Shown: positions 1 to 9,681 of the stretch, piece by piece | How the letters are laid out: each line of letters starts with the position of its first letter | Numbering within the stretch: position 1 is the stretch's first letter | Assembly (NCBI GenBank): GCA_963833245.1 | Contig: CAWHXH010000006.1 | Coordinates: 183,693 to 247,692 of the forward strand | DNA from: Pirellulaceae bacterium | GTDB taxonomy: Bacteria; Planctomycetota; Planctomycetia; Pirellulales; Pirellulaceae | DNA length: 64,000 nt | Direction: 5' to 3' | Program-made: the position numbers and the translations under genes | The notes under the pieces: generated by a model | What the model was told of the DNA's origin: nothing | Database searches by the model: none | The model's input: only the letters and a program-made list of their open reading frames with translations

Positions 1-586
1 CGATCCTTAACAGTCGAGGCGGACATTGATCATCGCCTAAGTCGACGACGGTTGACTCCAGCCCGACGCGGCACGGGCCGCCGTCGAGGATGTGTTCGAC
101 CCGATCGCCGAGCTGATCGGCGACGTGATCGGCGGTCGTCGGGGATACGTAATTGGCCGGGTTGGCGCTGGGTGCGGCGACCGGGAACGGCACCGAGGCG
201 AGCAACCGCAGCGTCAACGGATGGTCGGGGATGCGGACGGCCACGGTTGGCCCGCCAGCGGTGACGGTGTCTAAAACATGCGACGATTTGGGGCCGACGA
301 CCGTCAGCGGGCCGGGCCAGAGGGTCGCCAAGCGTTGCAAACGACGAGTTTGGATGTCCGAAAGCGGTTGCCAAAGCCGCAGGGCGGCGGCGATGTCGGC
401 GACGTGCAGGATCAACGGGTTGCTCGACGGACGACCTTTGGCGGCAAAAATCGCCGCCACCGCCGCCTCGCGATCGCCGCGTGCGGCCAAACCGTAGACC
501 GTTTCGGTAGGGATCGCGACCAAACCGCCGCCCCTCAGCGTCGCCGCCGCGGTGGCAATCGACGAGTCGTCGTCACCCAAACGCAT
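1..586 (-). CDS. YrdC/Sua5-family L-threonylcarbamoyladenylate synthase-like protein (C-terminal end outside window)
   Basis: Minus-strand translation from ATG (586..584) reads MRLGDDDSSIATAAATLRGGGLVAIPTETVYGLAA...PLILHV...LWPGPLTVV...GGPTVAVRIPDHP...SANPANYVSPTTADHV...RVGLESTVVDL, the YrdC/Sua5 motif set. The ORF runs open to the window edge, so it is missing from the supplied track. Its ATG directly follows the TAG of the upstream PKS gene (TAGATG). Confidence 0.6.
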   Translation of the reverse strand, partial: MRLGDDDSSIATAAATLRGGGLVAIPTETVYGLAARGDREAAVAAIFAAKGRPSSNPLILHVADIAAALRLWQPLSDIQTRRLQRLATLWPGPLTVVGPKSSHVLDTVTAGGPTVAVRIPDHPLTLRLLASVPFPVAAPSANPANYVSPTTADHVADQLGDRVEHILDGGPCRVGLESTVVDLGDDQCPPRLLRI

Positions 587-1849
587 CTAACCGATCAACA
601 TCAGTTCGACTTCAAGGCCGGGGCCGAAGCCGAGCATCGCCCAAGGCTTGGGAACATTCGTTTGAATAAAACGACCCAAAATCACGCCCAGCGTCGCTGA
701 CGACATGTTGCCGTGTTGTCGCAGGACGTCGTAGGAGACGATCAAATCGTCGGGCGTCAAACTTAACGCCGATTCGACGGCGCCGAGAATGCGCGTCCCG
801 CCGGGATGAACCGCCCAGCCGCCGATCGAACCGATGTCCAACCCGCGGTCGGCCAACCAAGGGTTCAGGAAGCCGGCCAGGTGGTGCTCGATCAGAGACG
901 GGACGCTCGCCGCCAGCGTCATTTCAAAGCCGTGGTCGCCGATCCGCCACGTCATCGCATCGCGGCTGCGAGGAATCAGGCACGAGCCGCCGTCGCCGAG
1001 TTGAACGGTGTTGGAGGTGTCGGGGGTGTTAGGAGTCGAGGGGGGGGACTGAACCCTGGCGGGTCCAACTACGGGGCGGGTAGTCAACGCCGTGGGACCG
1101 GCGGCAACGACCGCCGCGGAGCTGCCGTCCGCGAAAATCGATCCCGAAACAATTCGTTGCGAATCGTATCCATATTGATAGTGCAGCGAGCAGAGTTCGA
1201 CGCTGACGACCAACGCGATCGCGTCGGGATCCGCCGTGACGATGTCGCGAGCGACCCGCAGGCCGTTGATCAAACCGTGGCAGCCCATGAATCCGACGGC
1301 AACTCGCTGGGTTTGCGGCGACAAATCGAGGCCTTCGATCAAATCGATGTCGACGCCGGGAGCCTGAAACCCGGTGCAGGAGATCGTCACCAGGTGCGTT
1401 ACCCGATCGGACCCGATGTCGGATTGTTGCAACGCATTGGCGGCCGACGCGAGCGCCAACCGAGGGGCTTCGACGCCGTACCGATCGTTCCTCGCCGCGG
1501 TGCCGGGACCGCGGTCGGCAACCATCGCGTCGGGATGATCGCCGATCGGCAACGGTTGGTAAAAATCCTGGGTGGTCCGACCTTGCTCGTTTTTTGTCAA
1601 CAAAACGCTGCCGCGCCGTTCCACCCCGGTCCGACGGTACAACTTGGCGACTTTGGTTCGCTGGGCATCGGTGTGACAGGAAACCGATTGGGCAAACTCG
1701 GCCGCTGCGTCGACGTTCAGCGATTCTTCAGGAAATTGCGAAGCGATGGCCAACAGCACCGCGCCGCGGCGCGTGGTTCGGGGCGCTGACGGCTCGGCGA
1801 CGACGCGGGGGACGGGGGCGGGGGCGGGGGCGGGGGCCAGTGCGTTCAT
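587..1849 (-). CDS. type III polyketide synthase (chalcone/stilbene synthase superfamily)
   Basis: Cys-His-Asn triad context is present: ISCTGFQAPG (active Cys), WAVHPGG (His), GNMSSAT (Asn), with a C-terminal GFGPGLEVE. The 420-aa length is typical, with an ATG start at 1849..1847. Confidence 0.8.
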   Translation of the reverse strand: MNALAPAPAPAPVPRVVAEPSAPRTTRRGAVLLAIASQFPEESLNVDAAAEFAQSVSCHTDAQRTKVAKLYRRTGVERRGSVLLTKNEQGRTTQDFYQPLPIGDHPDAMVADRGPGTAARNDRYGVEAPRLALASAANALQQSDIGSDRVTHLVTISCTGFQAPGVDIDLIEGLDLSPQTQRVAVGFMGCHGLINGLRVARDIVTADPDAIALVVSVELCSLHYQYGYDSQRIVSGSIFADGSSAAVVAAGPTALTTRPVVGPARVQSPPSTPNTPDTSNTVQLGDGGSCLIPRSRDAMTWRIGDHGFEMTLAASVPSLIEHHLAGFLNPWLADRGLDIGSIGGWAVHPGGTRILGAVESALSLTPDDLIVSYDVLRQHGNMSSATLGVILGRFIQTNVPKPWAMLGFGPGLEVELMLIG

Positions 1850-1897
1850 GGCGGTTACAGGACGCCACCAAACATGACGCTTCCAAAGAAAAGGGAA

Positions 1898-3055
1898 TCA
1901 TTGACCCCCGGCCACCACCCGGTTGAGGGGAAGGCACAACGAAGGTATTCGGTGCAACAAATGAGCACCGACCCGCCGCACCGATCGGCGACGCAACGAC
2001 GCGGTGATCGTACCGCATAAACGCCGCCGCGATCGTAGCAACCCGTTCAATTCGGTGGGCCAACGGTCGGCTCGATCCTCGGCGATCGCTCCCGCGGCGG
2101 CGGCTCCGGCTTGAATTGCCCACGTCATCCCCTCCCCGGTCATCGGTTCAACGTAACCGGCGGCGTCGCCGACAAACAAAACCCGTCCGGCCGCGGCGGG
2201 GCGGCGTCGCCGCAGCGGCGGCGTGACCCACGCACCGGCGACGGCGTTAACCCAATCGGCCAACCGATCCAGCTCCGCCGCCGGCCAACCGCCAACCGAA
2301 CCGATGATCTCGGCAACCGCGCCGGCGGGGCGTCCACCGCGGCTCAATGCCACCGCCGCGGCGACGTCGATCGAGCCTCCGGGCAGCCGCACCAGCCCGA
2401 CGTAACCGCCACCGCCGACCAGCATCGCGATTGTGCCGGGCGGCAACGGCAGACGGGCGGCCAGCGGATGGGCGGCCGGCAAATGAGCGGTCCAACCGAT
2501 CGGCCCGGTTGGCCGGTCGACAAACCCGCCGCTGCCACCGGCGGCGTATTTGCCGGTCAAACCGGTCGCGGCAATCACGTGGTCAAATCGACGGGTTTGA
2601 TTTGCAGCGCCGACGCCGGAAATTTGCACGCTCACCCCGCCCCCGTCCTGGTCGACGACAATCCCGCTGGCTGGTTGCTGGACGTCGACGCCTCGCCGTG
2701 TCGCTTCGGCGAGGAGGATTTGGTCCAACGACCCGCGGCCGATCGCTAACCCGGGCACCATCGGCACGTCGATCGGGCAACCCGGCCCGGCGTCAAAAAG
2801 TGCAACCAGCCGGTCGGTTTTGACCGCGGCCGATCGCACGGGTTCGCCCACCCCGAGACGGTCCAACGCCGCGACGCCGGCGGCTCCGAGGCAACATCCG
2901 CACGCCTTTTCGCGAGGAAACGTCGATTTTTCAAACAAGCAAACGTCCACCGGCCGTTCGGCCAACGTCAACGCGGCGGCCGAACCGCCCACGCCTCCTC
3001 CCAAAATCGCTACGCCGCCGCCCAAAATCGCTACGCCGCCGCCGCGAACGATCAC
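1898..3055 (-). CDS. FAD-dependent oxidoreductase (geranylgeranyl-reductase-like flavoprotein)
   Basis: Rossmann dinucleotide motif VAILGGGVGGSAAALTLAERPVDVCLFEK; the GTG start at 3055 overlaps the TGA of the upstream methyltransferase (GTGA). The long N-terminal extension in the ORF track is rejected as Arg-rich junk. An in-frame 21-nt tandem duplication encodes GGGVAIL twice. Confidence 0.65.
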   Translation of the reverse strand: MIVRGGGVAILGGGVAILGGGVGGSAAALTLAERPVDVCLFEKSTFPREKACGCCLGAAGVAALDRLGVGEPVRSAAVKTDRLVALFDAGPGCPIDVPMVPGLAIGRGSLDQILLAEATRRGVDVQQPASGIVVDQDGGGVSVQISGVGAANQTRRFDHVIAATGLTGKYAAGGSGGFVDRPTGPIGWTAHLPAAHPLAARLPLPPGTIAMLVGGGGYVGLVRLPGGSIDVAAAVALSRGGRPAGAVAEIIGSVGGWPAAELDRLADWVNAVAGAWVTPPLRRRRPAAAGRVLFVGDAAGYVEPMTGEGMTWAIQAGAAAAGAIAEDRADRWPTELNGLLRSRRRLCGTITASLRRRSVRRVGAHLLHRIPSLCLPLNRVVAGGQ

Positions 3056-3858
3056 GAAAACGGCGCCACCGGTTCGGTCGCGTCCCGCGCCAACGCCGGC
3101 ACCGGCGCAGCGACGACGACCGGCAGTCCTCGCCGAGCGGGCGTCTCCGCCGTGACCCGGCGATGAATGACCGCCAGCATCCGGCACGGCGGCATCGACC
3201 GGACCGGCACCGGGCCGGGCACCACCCCGGAGATCAATTCAGCCAACTCCGACCGCGTCCAGGCCCCCCGAATGCTCGCCGCGGCATCATGGTGGACCAC
3301 CGGGCAGCGTGACACCAATCGCGAGGCCGCAGAAACGATTGCCAAGTTCAGACGCGTCCGCTCCAAATCGCACAGCAGCACGGCCCGGCCGGCGACCCGT
3401 GTCATCTCGCCCACCAACCGGACAACATCGGGACCGTCCAAATGGTGCAAGAACAACGAACAGGTCACGACGTCGAAGCCACGCGGCAGCGGTTCGGTCA
3501 ACGCGTTGGCTTGCCGCACGCCGATTTCCAACCCCGCCGCCTCCGCCGCCCGCCGGGTCGTTTCCAAAGCCCGATCGCAGCGGTCCAGCGCCGTCACCGC
3601 CAACGACCAACCCTGACGCCGGGCCGACTTGGCCCAAGCGATCGGCAAATCCCCACCGCCGCAGGCCACGTCGAGCACCCGAAGCGGACGCGGCGCGACG
3701 GCGGCAGCGAGTTTTCGCAATTGACCGGCCAGCAGCGGGGCAATCATCGACACCGAATTGAGCCGCCGCAGCCCCGCCAACGCCGCATCGTGAACCGCCG
3801 GATCGATCGCCGGATCGTCCATCCACTCCTCAACCCGACTACGTTTCATCGTGATCAC
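3052..3858 (-). CDS. class I SAM-dependent methyltransferase
   Basis: Motif I VLDVACGGGDLPIAWA plus downstream acidic motifs; the GTG start overlaps the stop of the upstream dehydrogenase (GTGA). Confidence 0.7.
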   Translation of the reverse strand: MITMKRSRVEEWMDDPAIDPAVHDAALAGLRRLNSVSMIAPLLAGQLRKLAAAVAPRPLRVLDVACGGGDLPIAWAKSARRQGWSLAVTALDRCDRALETTRRAAEAAGLEIGVRQANALTEPLPRGFDVVTCSLFLHHLDGPDVVRLVGEMTRVAGRAVLLCDLERTRLNLAIVSAASRLVSRCPVVHHDAAASIRGAWTRSELAELISGVVPGPVPVRSMPPCRMLAVIHRRVTAETPARRGLPVVVAAPVPALARDATEPVAPFS

Positions 3859-4867
3859 GCCACCCCCTGCGGCTCGGCTCGCACCTCGAACTTGTCCCGC
3901 GGCAACCCCGAGGCCAACGCGTCAAGATTGTCGATCGTCGTGGCCGCAATTTGCGTCAAAGCTTCGCCGGTAAAAAACGCCTGGTGCGAGGTGACCAAGA
4001 CGTTAGGGAATGTCAGCAACCGCTCCAGCGTATCGTCGTGGACAATTTCGGACGATCGATCCTCAAAGAATAGCCCCGACTCCTCTTCGTAGACGTCGAT
4101 TGCCAACCCGCCCAGCCGTCCCGTCTTGAGCGCCGCGATCGTCGCGGGGGTGTCGATCAGTCCGCCGCGGGAGGTGTTGATCAGGATCGCGCCGGACTTC
4201 ATTTGGTTCAAAACGTCACTGTCGATCAAATGGTGAGTGGCACCGGACAGTGGGCAGTGCAGCGTCACGATATCCGACTCGGCGATCAGGTTTTCCAACG
4301 ATACGAACTTCCCATAGGCCGCCGCCGCGTCCGACGGTCGCGGATCGTGCAGCAGGACGCGGCATCCGAATCCGGCAAAGATCGCCGCCGTCGCCGTGCC
4401 GATTTTACCCGAACCGATCACCCCGACGGTGCGGCCGTGCAAATCAAATCCCAGCAGCCCATCGATCGAGAAATTGTTCTCGCGGACCCGGTTGTAGGCT
4501 TTGTGAATCCGCCGGTTGAGCGTCAACAGCAACGCGATGGTGTGCTCGGCGACCGCGTGCGGCGAATACTCGGGGACCCGAAGGACTCGGAGATTCAATT
4601 CCGCGGCCGTTTGCATGTCGACGTTGTTGAACCCCGCGCACCGGAGCGTCAACCCTCGCACGCCATGATCGGCCAGGGCGCGGAGCGCCGGACCGTTGGC
4701 GACGTCATTGACGAAAAGGCAGGCGGCTTCGCAACCGTCGGCCAACACCGCGGTGTTGCGGCACAATGACGGATCGAGAAACCGGAATTGGTGCGACCCT
4801 CCGGCGGCGGCTTTGCCGAGGAATTGGCGGTCGTAGGCTTTGGTGCTAAAGCAGGCAACGTTCATGC
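3855..4867 (-). CDS. ldhA: D-isomer-specific 2-hydroxyacid dehydrogenase (D-lactate dehydrogenase-like)
   Basis: N-terminus MNVACFSTKAYDRQFL resembles E. coli LdhA MKLAVYSTKQYDKKYL. An NAD-binding GSGKIGTA motif is present, with the catalytic R/E/H context. ATG at 4867; the upstream in-frame extension is rejected. Confidence 0.7.
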
Positions 4868-4899
4868 GGCCATTGTCCGCTCTCGTCCAATCCAATCCA

Positions 4900-5118
4900 A
4901 GCGGTAGGTCGCCAGCCCTCCGGTGTCTCCTCAATCTCTTAGCGGTAGGGCGCCAGCCCTCCGGTGCCCCCCCCTCTTTTAGCGGTAGGGCGCCAGCCCT
5001 CCGGTTGCGGCACCGGACGGCTTGCGCCGTTCCGCTAGAATTATGGCGGCACCGGACGGCTTGCGCCGTTCCGCTAGAATTATGGCGGTACTGGACGGCT
5101 TGCGCCGTTCCGCTAGAA
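4900..5118. repeat. REP/BIME-like array, family B (unit about 26 nt, AGCGGWAGGGCGCCAGCCCTCCGGTG)
   Basis: Three direct copies are followed by three reverse-complement copies (CACCGGACGGCTTGCGCCGTTCCGCTAGAATTATGG x3), forming a composite inverted structure between two convergent/divergent genes. Confidence 0.8.
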
Positions 5119-5151
5119 AGGGGTCAGAACGGAGCGTCGGAAGGGACCCCG

Positions 5152-5373
5152 TTACTTCTTTTTGCCCTTCTTCTCTTCGACTTCTTCCTTCTTAACTTTC
5201 TTTTTCTTCTTCAGCGAGACTTTCGGGACGCGGACTTTGGGCATCCCGACGATCGACATCTCCTCGTCGAATTTATCGATCTGCTTCAACCGCGCAACGC
5301 GTTCGGCGCGGGTCAGAACGTTGCGGGTTTTGATCGCCCCGGCTTTCACCTTGAGGCTTTGGTCCATCGTCAT
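5152..5373 (-). CDS. small lysine-rich protein (73 aa) with KKKKKVKKEEVEEKKGKKK C-terminal tail; function unknown
   Basis: ORF MTMDQSLKVKAGAIKTRNVLTRAERVARLKQIDKFDEEMSIVGMPKVRVPKVSLKKKKKVKKEEVEEKKGKKK has locally lower GC and AAG-rich codons. No family recognised. Confidence 0.35.
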   Translation of the reverse strand: MTMDQSLKVKAGAIKTRNVLTRAERVARLKQIDKFDEEMSIVGMPKVRVPKVSLKKKKKVKKEEVEEKKGKKK

Positions 5374-5563
5374 GGCAGTCGTGCCGCCGCGGTTGACACG
5401 CAAGCGACGTTTTAGTCGGGGAAATGAACGAAACGGCCGCCGGGGCGGGCCAATTCAGGCAGGGCCGTGTAAGGTACTGCCGACTCCCCCCGGTGACAAT
5501 GCCGACACTCTGGTACTCTGGCACGTCGGCGCCCCGGCGACCTGACCCACCTCCCAAGAGATC

Positions 5564-7318
5564 ATGCTCGGACCTGTCTTTTTCCGCGAAGCGACGGTGG
5601 TGCCCCGTCGGTCGGCGACCTACCTCGCCCGATCGCTGTACCTGCTGGTGCTCTTTGTGTTGTTATGCACCGGTTACCTGGTGCTCGACGGGTCACGGAC
5701 GCTGGTCGCAACGTCCGATTTGGCCAAATTCGGTCGCTGGATGTTCACGCTGCTGGCGCCGCTTCAGCTCGTCATCCTGGCGGCGCTGGCCGCAGTCGCG
5801 GCGGCTTCGGGGGTCGCTCAAGAGAAAGATCGCCGGACGTTGATCTTGCTTCTCATGACGCGGCTGTCGGGTTTGGAAGTGGTCGCCGGCAAAGCCGCCG
5901 CGACGCTGTTGGTGCCGCTGTCGCTGCTGGTCGTTTCGGTGCCGTTTTTCCTGATGCTGCCGCTGCTCGGGGGCGTGTCGCCGGGTCAGGTTTTCGCCGT
6001 CACCGCGGTGACCGCATCGATGATTTTGGTCAGCGCCTCGGTCGGCACCGTGGTTGCCCTTTGGCGGGAAAAAACGTTTCAAACCCTCGCCCTGACGGTG
6101 CTGGTGCTCATCGGCGGGATCGCGGCGGCCGAAGCAGTCCATCGCGCCGCCCCGGGGCCGGCAACGGCCATGTTGCAACCCTTTCGGGCCTTGGCGACCG
6201 CGGCCGACGACGGGTTTTCACCGGCGGTGATCGGGTTCGTCATCGTCGGGGTCATCGCCGCGGCGGCAACGATCGGCCTGGGCATTGCCCGCGTTCGGAT
6301 TTGGAACCCGTCGCGGGAAGTGCGGCTGCGGGCACCGGAACCCGAAACGACCACGGAATTGAAAGAATCGGGAGCGGAGGTGACGCCGCAGTCGTGGAAA
6401 GTCCGTCCGCCGAGACCGGTTTGGGACAATCCGGTGCTATGGCGGGAAGTTCGGACGTGGGCTTACGGCAAAAAGGTCGTGTTGATTCGCGTGTTGTTCG
6501 TGCTGGCGTTTGTCGTCGTCGCCGGCGTGGTTTGGTCGCAAACCCAATCGGGGACCGCCTACCGGCCGGCCGGACGGATCGGCCAAACACTGCCCGCGGT
6601 GACAATGCCGGTCGCGGGTTTGGGGGTGTTGGCGATGGTTTTAATCAACGCCCTGGCGGTCACGTCGATCACCGGCGAACGCGATGGATTGGCGCTCGAT
6701 CTGTTGTTGGTCACCGACCTGACGCCGACGGAGTTCATCCTGGGCAAACTAATGGGAGTGATGTACGCGGCCAAAGAGATGATCGCGCTGCCGATCGTTT
6801 TGGTCATCGCGATGGGGATCGCAGGAATTTTGACGACCGAAAACACCGTCTACACGGTGATCGGCATCATCACGCTATCCGTGTTCTCGGTCGTCCTTGG
6901 TTTGCACGCGGGGATGAACCATGTTGCCGGCCGGACCGCGACGCTGGCGAGCTTGGGGACCGTGTTTTTCCTGTGCGTGGGCATCGCGATTTGCATGACG
7001 ATCATGGTCAGTTTTCGCGGCGCGTTTCAGGTCCAACTGGTGCCGTTTCTGGTCATGATCTTGGGCGGCGGGGCGGCGTTATTCGCGACGCTTGGTTGGC
7101 GAAATCCGTCACCGGCGATCTTTGCGACGTCGTTCACGCTACCAGTACTGACGTTTTACGCGATCACGCAGTTCCTGTTGCAAACCGACCATTTGTATGT
7201 CGTCTTTGCCGTCATGGTCGGTTACGGGTTCACGATCGCAGCGATGTTGGTGCCGGCGTTAAGCGAATTTGACGTGGCGCTGGAAAGTGATCGGGATCGC
7301 ACCGCAGGAACGGGGTGA
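5564..7318 (+). CDS. polytopic membrane protein (ABC-2-type permease-like), at least 10 predicted TM segments
   Basis: 584-aa ORF that is highly hydrophobic with regularly spaced helices. The overlapping Arg-rich ORF at 5665..7272 is an alternate-frame artefact. No adjacent ATPase gene. Confidence 0.45.
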   Translation: MLGPVFFREATVVPRRSATYLARSLYLLVLFVLLCTGYLVLDGSRTLVATSDLAKFGRWMFTLLAPLQLVILAALAAVAAASGVAQEKDRRTLILLLMTRLSGLEVVAGKAAATLLVPLSLLVVSVPFFLMLPLLGGVSPGQVFAVTAVTASMILVSASVGTVVALWREKTFQTLALTVLVLIGGIAAAEAVHRAAPGPATAMLQPFRALATAADDGFSPAVIGFVIVGVIAAAATIGLGIARVRIWNPSREVRLRAPEPETTTELKESGAEVTPQSWKVRPPRPVWDNPVLWREVRTWAYGKKVVLIRVLFVLAFVVVAGVVWSQTQSGTAYRPAGRIGQTLPAVTMPVAGLGVLAMVLINALAVTSITGERDGLALDLLLVTDLTPTEFILGKLMGVMYAAKEMIALPIVLVIAMGIAGILTTENTVYTVIGIITLSVFSVVLGLHAGMNHVAGRTATLASLGTVFFLCVGIAICMTIMVSFRGAFQVQLVPFLVMILGGGAALFATLGWRNPSPAIFATSFTLPVLTFYAITQFLLQTDHLYVVFAVMVGYGFTIAAMLVPALSEFDVALESDRDRTAGTG

Positions 7319-7369
7319 TGTTAGGGTCACGAAATTTGGGGGCATCGAAACTATGATTCGGCTTTGGGG

Positions 7370-7428
7370 GACATCCCCTCACCCCCCAACCCCCTCTCCC
7401 CTAAAAGGGGCGAGGGGGAGCCAGCATT
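7370..7428. repeat. GC-rich palindromic repeat, family D (CCCCTCTCCCCTAAAAGGGGCGAGGGGGAGCC)
   Basis: The same element recurs in several copies at 33030..33300. Confidence 0.6.
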
Positions 7429-7477
7429 GGGTTAGCCGAAAGTGACCGGGTTCCTGCCGCCGCCCGATCGCTGGCCG

Positions 7478-8695
7478 ATGCTCGTGGCGCTGTTGTTGCT
7501 GATGATCGTTTCGGGCTTTTTCAGCGGTTCGGAGGCGGCGTTCTTTTCGCTGACCGCCCGCGATCGACGGCGATTGGTCAAAAAGTCCGCGGGCGGTCGG
7601 ATGGTCGACGCGATGCTCGGCGACCCCGAGCGGCTGCTCTCGGCGATCCTGTTTTGGAACCTGCTGGTCAACATGCTCTACTTCGCGATCGTCGCGATCC
7701 TGGCAACCGAAGTCGATCGGCCCGGGGTGCTGACGATGATCGCGTTGGTGGCGATCATTTTTTTCTCCGAAATGTTGCCCAAGTCGTTCGCGGTGATCCG
7801 GCCGGGGCCGATTGCGATTGCCTCGGTCGTGCCGCTGCGGGTCGCCCTCGCGGTCGTCTCGCCGGTGCTGCCGGTCGTCAAACATCTCAACGCGGCGGCC
7901 GGGCGGTTGATTTGGCCAACCTTCGAGCCGGAACCGGAGCTGCGAACCGATGACCTGCGGCGGGCGATCGACTTGGGCACCGGAGATTTGAAAATGATGC
8001 GGCGTCAACGGGAGGCACTCCAGTCGATCATCGATTTGGCGGAGATTCGCGTCGACGAAATCATGCGGCCGCGGAGCAAACTGGCTTTCGCAGCGATGCC
8101 GCTGTCGCTCGAATCGGTCCCCCAGCCGCTGCCGCCGGGCGGTTACTTGATGGTTGCCCCGTCGACCGATCGCATCGAGGAACCGCCGACCGGATCGCTG
8201 GCCGTCCGGTCGCTGCGGCCCAGCGCGTGGGATCACCTTCACGATTCGATCAAACCGGTGCTCTACGTCCCCTGGTCGGCCCGGGCGGCCCATGTTTTCG
8301 ACAAACTGGAAGCCGCCGATCGGGACGTGGCCGTCGTCGTCGACGAGTTTGGCGACATGATGGGGGCGACCAGCGTCGACGACATTCTGCGGGGCGTGTT
8401 GGCCAGCCGGGCGCGGATCGACGAGGCGAGTGATCAAATTCAACGCCTCGGCGCCGATCACTACAAATTGCACGGCAGCACCGGTTTAGGGACATTGGCC
8501 AGGCGGCTGGACGTCGATTTGCCCGACGACCGCCCGGCCACCGTCGCCGGGCACCTGCAGCGGCACAACGCACGTCTGCCGCGGGTCGGCGACGTCGCCC
8601 CGTTGGACAAATTCGAGCTGGTCGTGATCGAAGAAGCCGACGACGGGGTGTGGATCGAGGTTTGGCGGGGACCGGACGCCGAGAACCCGTCATGA
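7478..8695 (+). CDS. CNNM/DUF21-CBS-CorC_HlyC family transporter-associated protein (TlyC/CorC-like)
   Basis: N-terminal DUF21 signature LLMIVSGFFSGSEAAFFSL is followed by CBS-pair-like and CorC/HlyC-like C-terminal regions. ATG at 7478 preferred over the GTG at 7442. Confidence 0.7.
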   Translation: MLVALLLLMIVSGFFSGSEAAFFSLTARDRRRLVKKSAGGRMVDAMLGDPERLLSAILFWNLLVNMLYFAIVAILATEVDRPGVLTMIALVAIIFFSEMLPKSFAVIRPGPIAIASVVPLRVALAVVSPVLPVVKHLNAAAGRLIWPTFEPEPELRTDDLRRAIDLGTGDLKMMRRQREALQSIIDLAEIRVDEIMRPRSKLAFAAMPLSLESVPQPLPPGGYLMVAPSTDRIEEPPTGSLAVRSLRPSAWDHLHDSIKPVLYVPWSARAAHVFDKLEAADRDVAVVVDEFGDMMGATSVDDILRGVLASRARIDEASDQIQRLGADHYKLHGSTGLGTLARRLDVDLPDDRPATVAGHLQRHNARLPRVGDVAPLDKFELVVIEEADDGVWIEVWRGPDAENPS

Positions 8696-9681
8696 CGCTG
8701 GCGGTCATTTTGTTCCTCGTCGGCTTGACTGGCAGCGCCTTTTTCAGCGGCTCCGAAACCGGGCTGTATCGTGTCTCGCGGACGCGGTTGGTGCTCGACG
8801 GGCTGGCCGGCTCGTGGGCCGGGCGAGGTTTGATTTGGCTGCTCAATCACCCCGCGATTTTTGTTGCCACGACATTGGTGGGCAACAATTTGGCCAACTA
8901 CGCAACCTCGGCGGCGATCGTGCTGGGGGTCGCCGCGTGGATCGATGGCGGGCCGGCGATCGGGCAGCACGGTGCGGCCGAACTCCCGGGAGCCGGCGAA
9001 CACGAGGGGATCGATCTGGCCGCGACCGTCCTGTTGACCCCCGTGGTGTTCATTTTCGGCGAGTTGCTGCCCAAGAGTCTGTTTTACCAGGCGCCTTACC
9101 GGATGCTTTCGGCGGTCCGCGGGTTGGTGATCGCCGCGGCGGTCCTGTTGTCGCCCATCGCCTCGTTGTTGGCGTTGCTGGGTCAATTGTTGCAAAAGAT
9201 GACGGGCCAAACGCCGTTTCGGGTGCAATTGACGATGGGCCGGGGCGATTTCGATCGATTGCTGCGTGCCGGCCAGGAATCGGGGTTGTTGGCGGCCGGA
9301 CAGCGGGATTTGGCTCAAGCGTTGTTTGACCAGGGCGGCCAGCGGGCGATCGGTTTTGGCGTTCGGCCGGACCGATTGGCGGTCATCGACCGGCGGGCCG
9401 ATGTGTCGCGTGCTCGGGCCGCAGCCCGTCGGGCCAATCACCCGATCGTGCTGGTCCGTCGCGGCAAAAAGATCGTTGGCTACCACCGTTACGGCGAACT
9501 GGTCCGTCGCAAAAAACTGCCGCCGCCGCGCGATGTGATCAACGCCGACGCCGATGCCCGACACCTCGACGTGCTGCTGCGGCTCTACGCGGCCCATTCC
9601 GACGTCGCGATCCTGAGCGATGAAGCCGGACGATGGGTCGGCGTGGTGACGCGTCGACAATTGGTTGAACCACTCCTGTAA
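8692..9681 (+). CDS. second DUF21/CNNM-domain membrane protein (paralog, divergent C-terminus)
   Basis: MTLAVILFLVGLTGSAFFSGSETGLYRVSR is the DUF21 signature; its ATG overlaps the upstream stop (ATGA). Confidence 0.6.
   Translation: MTLAVILFLVGLTGSAFFSGSETGLYRVSRTRLVLDGLAGSWAGRGLIWLLNHPAIFVATTLVGNNLANYATSAAIVLGVAAWIDGGPAIGQHGAAELPGAGEHEGIDLAATVLLTPVVFIFGELLPKSLFYQAPYRMLSAVRGLVIAAAVLLSPIASLLALLGQLLQKMTGQTPFRVQLTMGRGDFDRLLRAGQESGLLAAGQRDLAQALFDQGGQRAIGFGVRPDRLAVIDRRADVSRARAAARRANHPIVLVRRGKKIVGYHRYGELVRRKKLPPPRDVINADADARHLDVLLRLYAAHSDVAILSDEAGRWVGVVTRRQLVEPLL

Noticed and set aside
5665-7272. 535-aa ORF (+) overlapping the membrane-protein gene in another frame
   Set aside because: Extremely Arg/Gly/His-rich with low complexity; typical alternate-frame artefact of a GC-rich gene.
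7379-9660. Two long minus-strand ORFs (364 and 399 aa) antisense to the DUF21 genes
   Set aside because: Arg/His/Pro-rich junk composition; the sense-strand genes have clear domain signatures.
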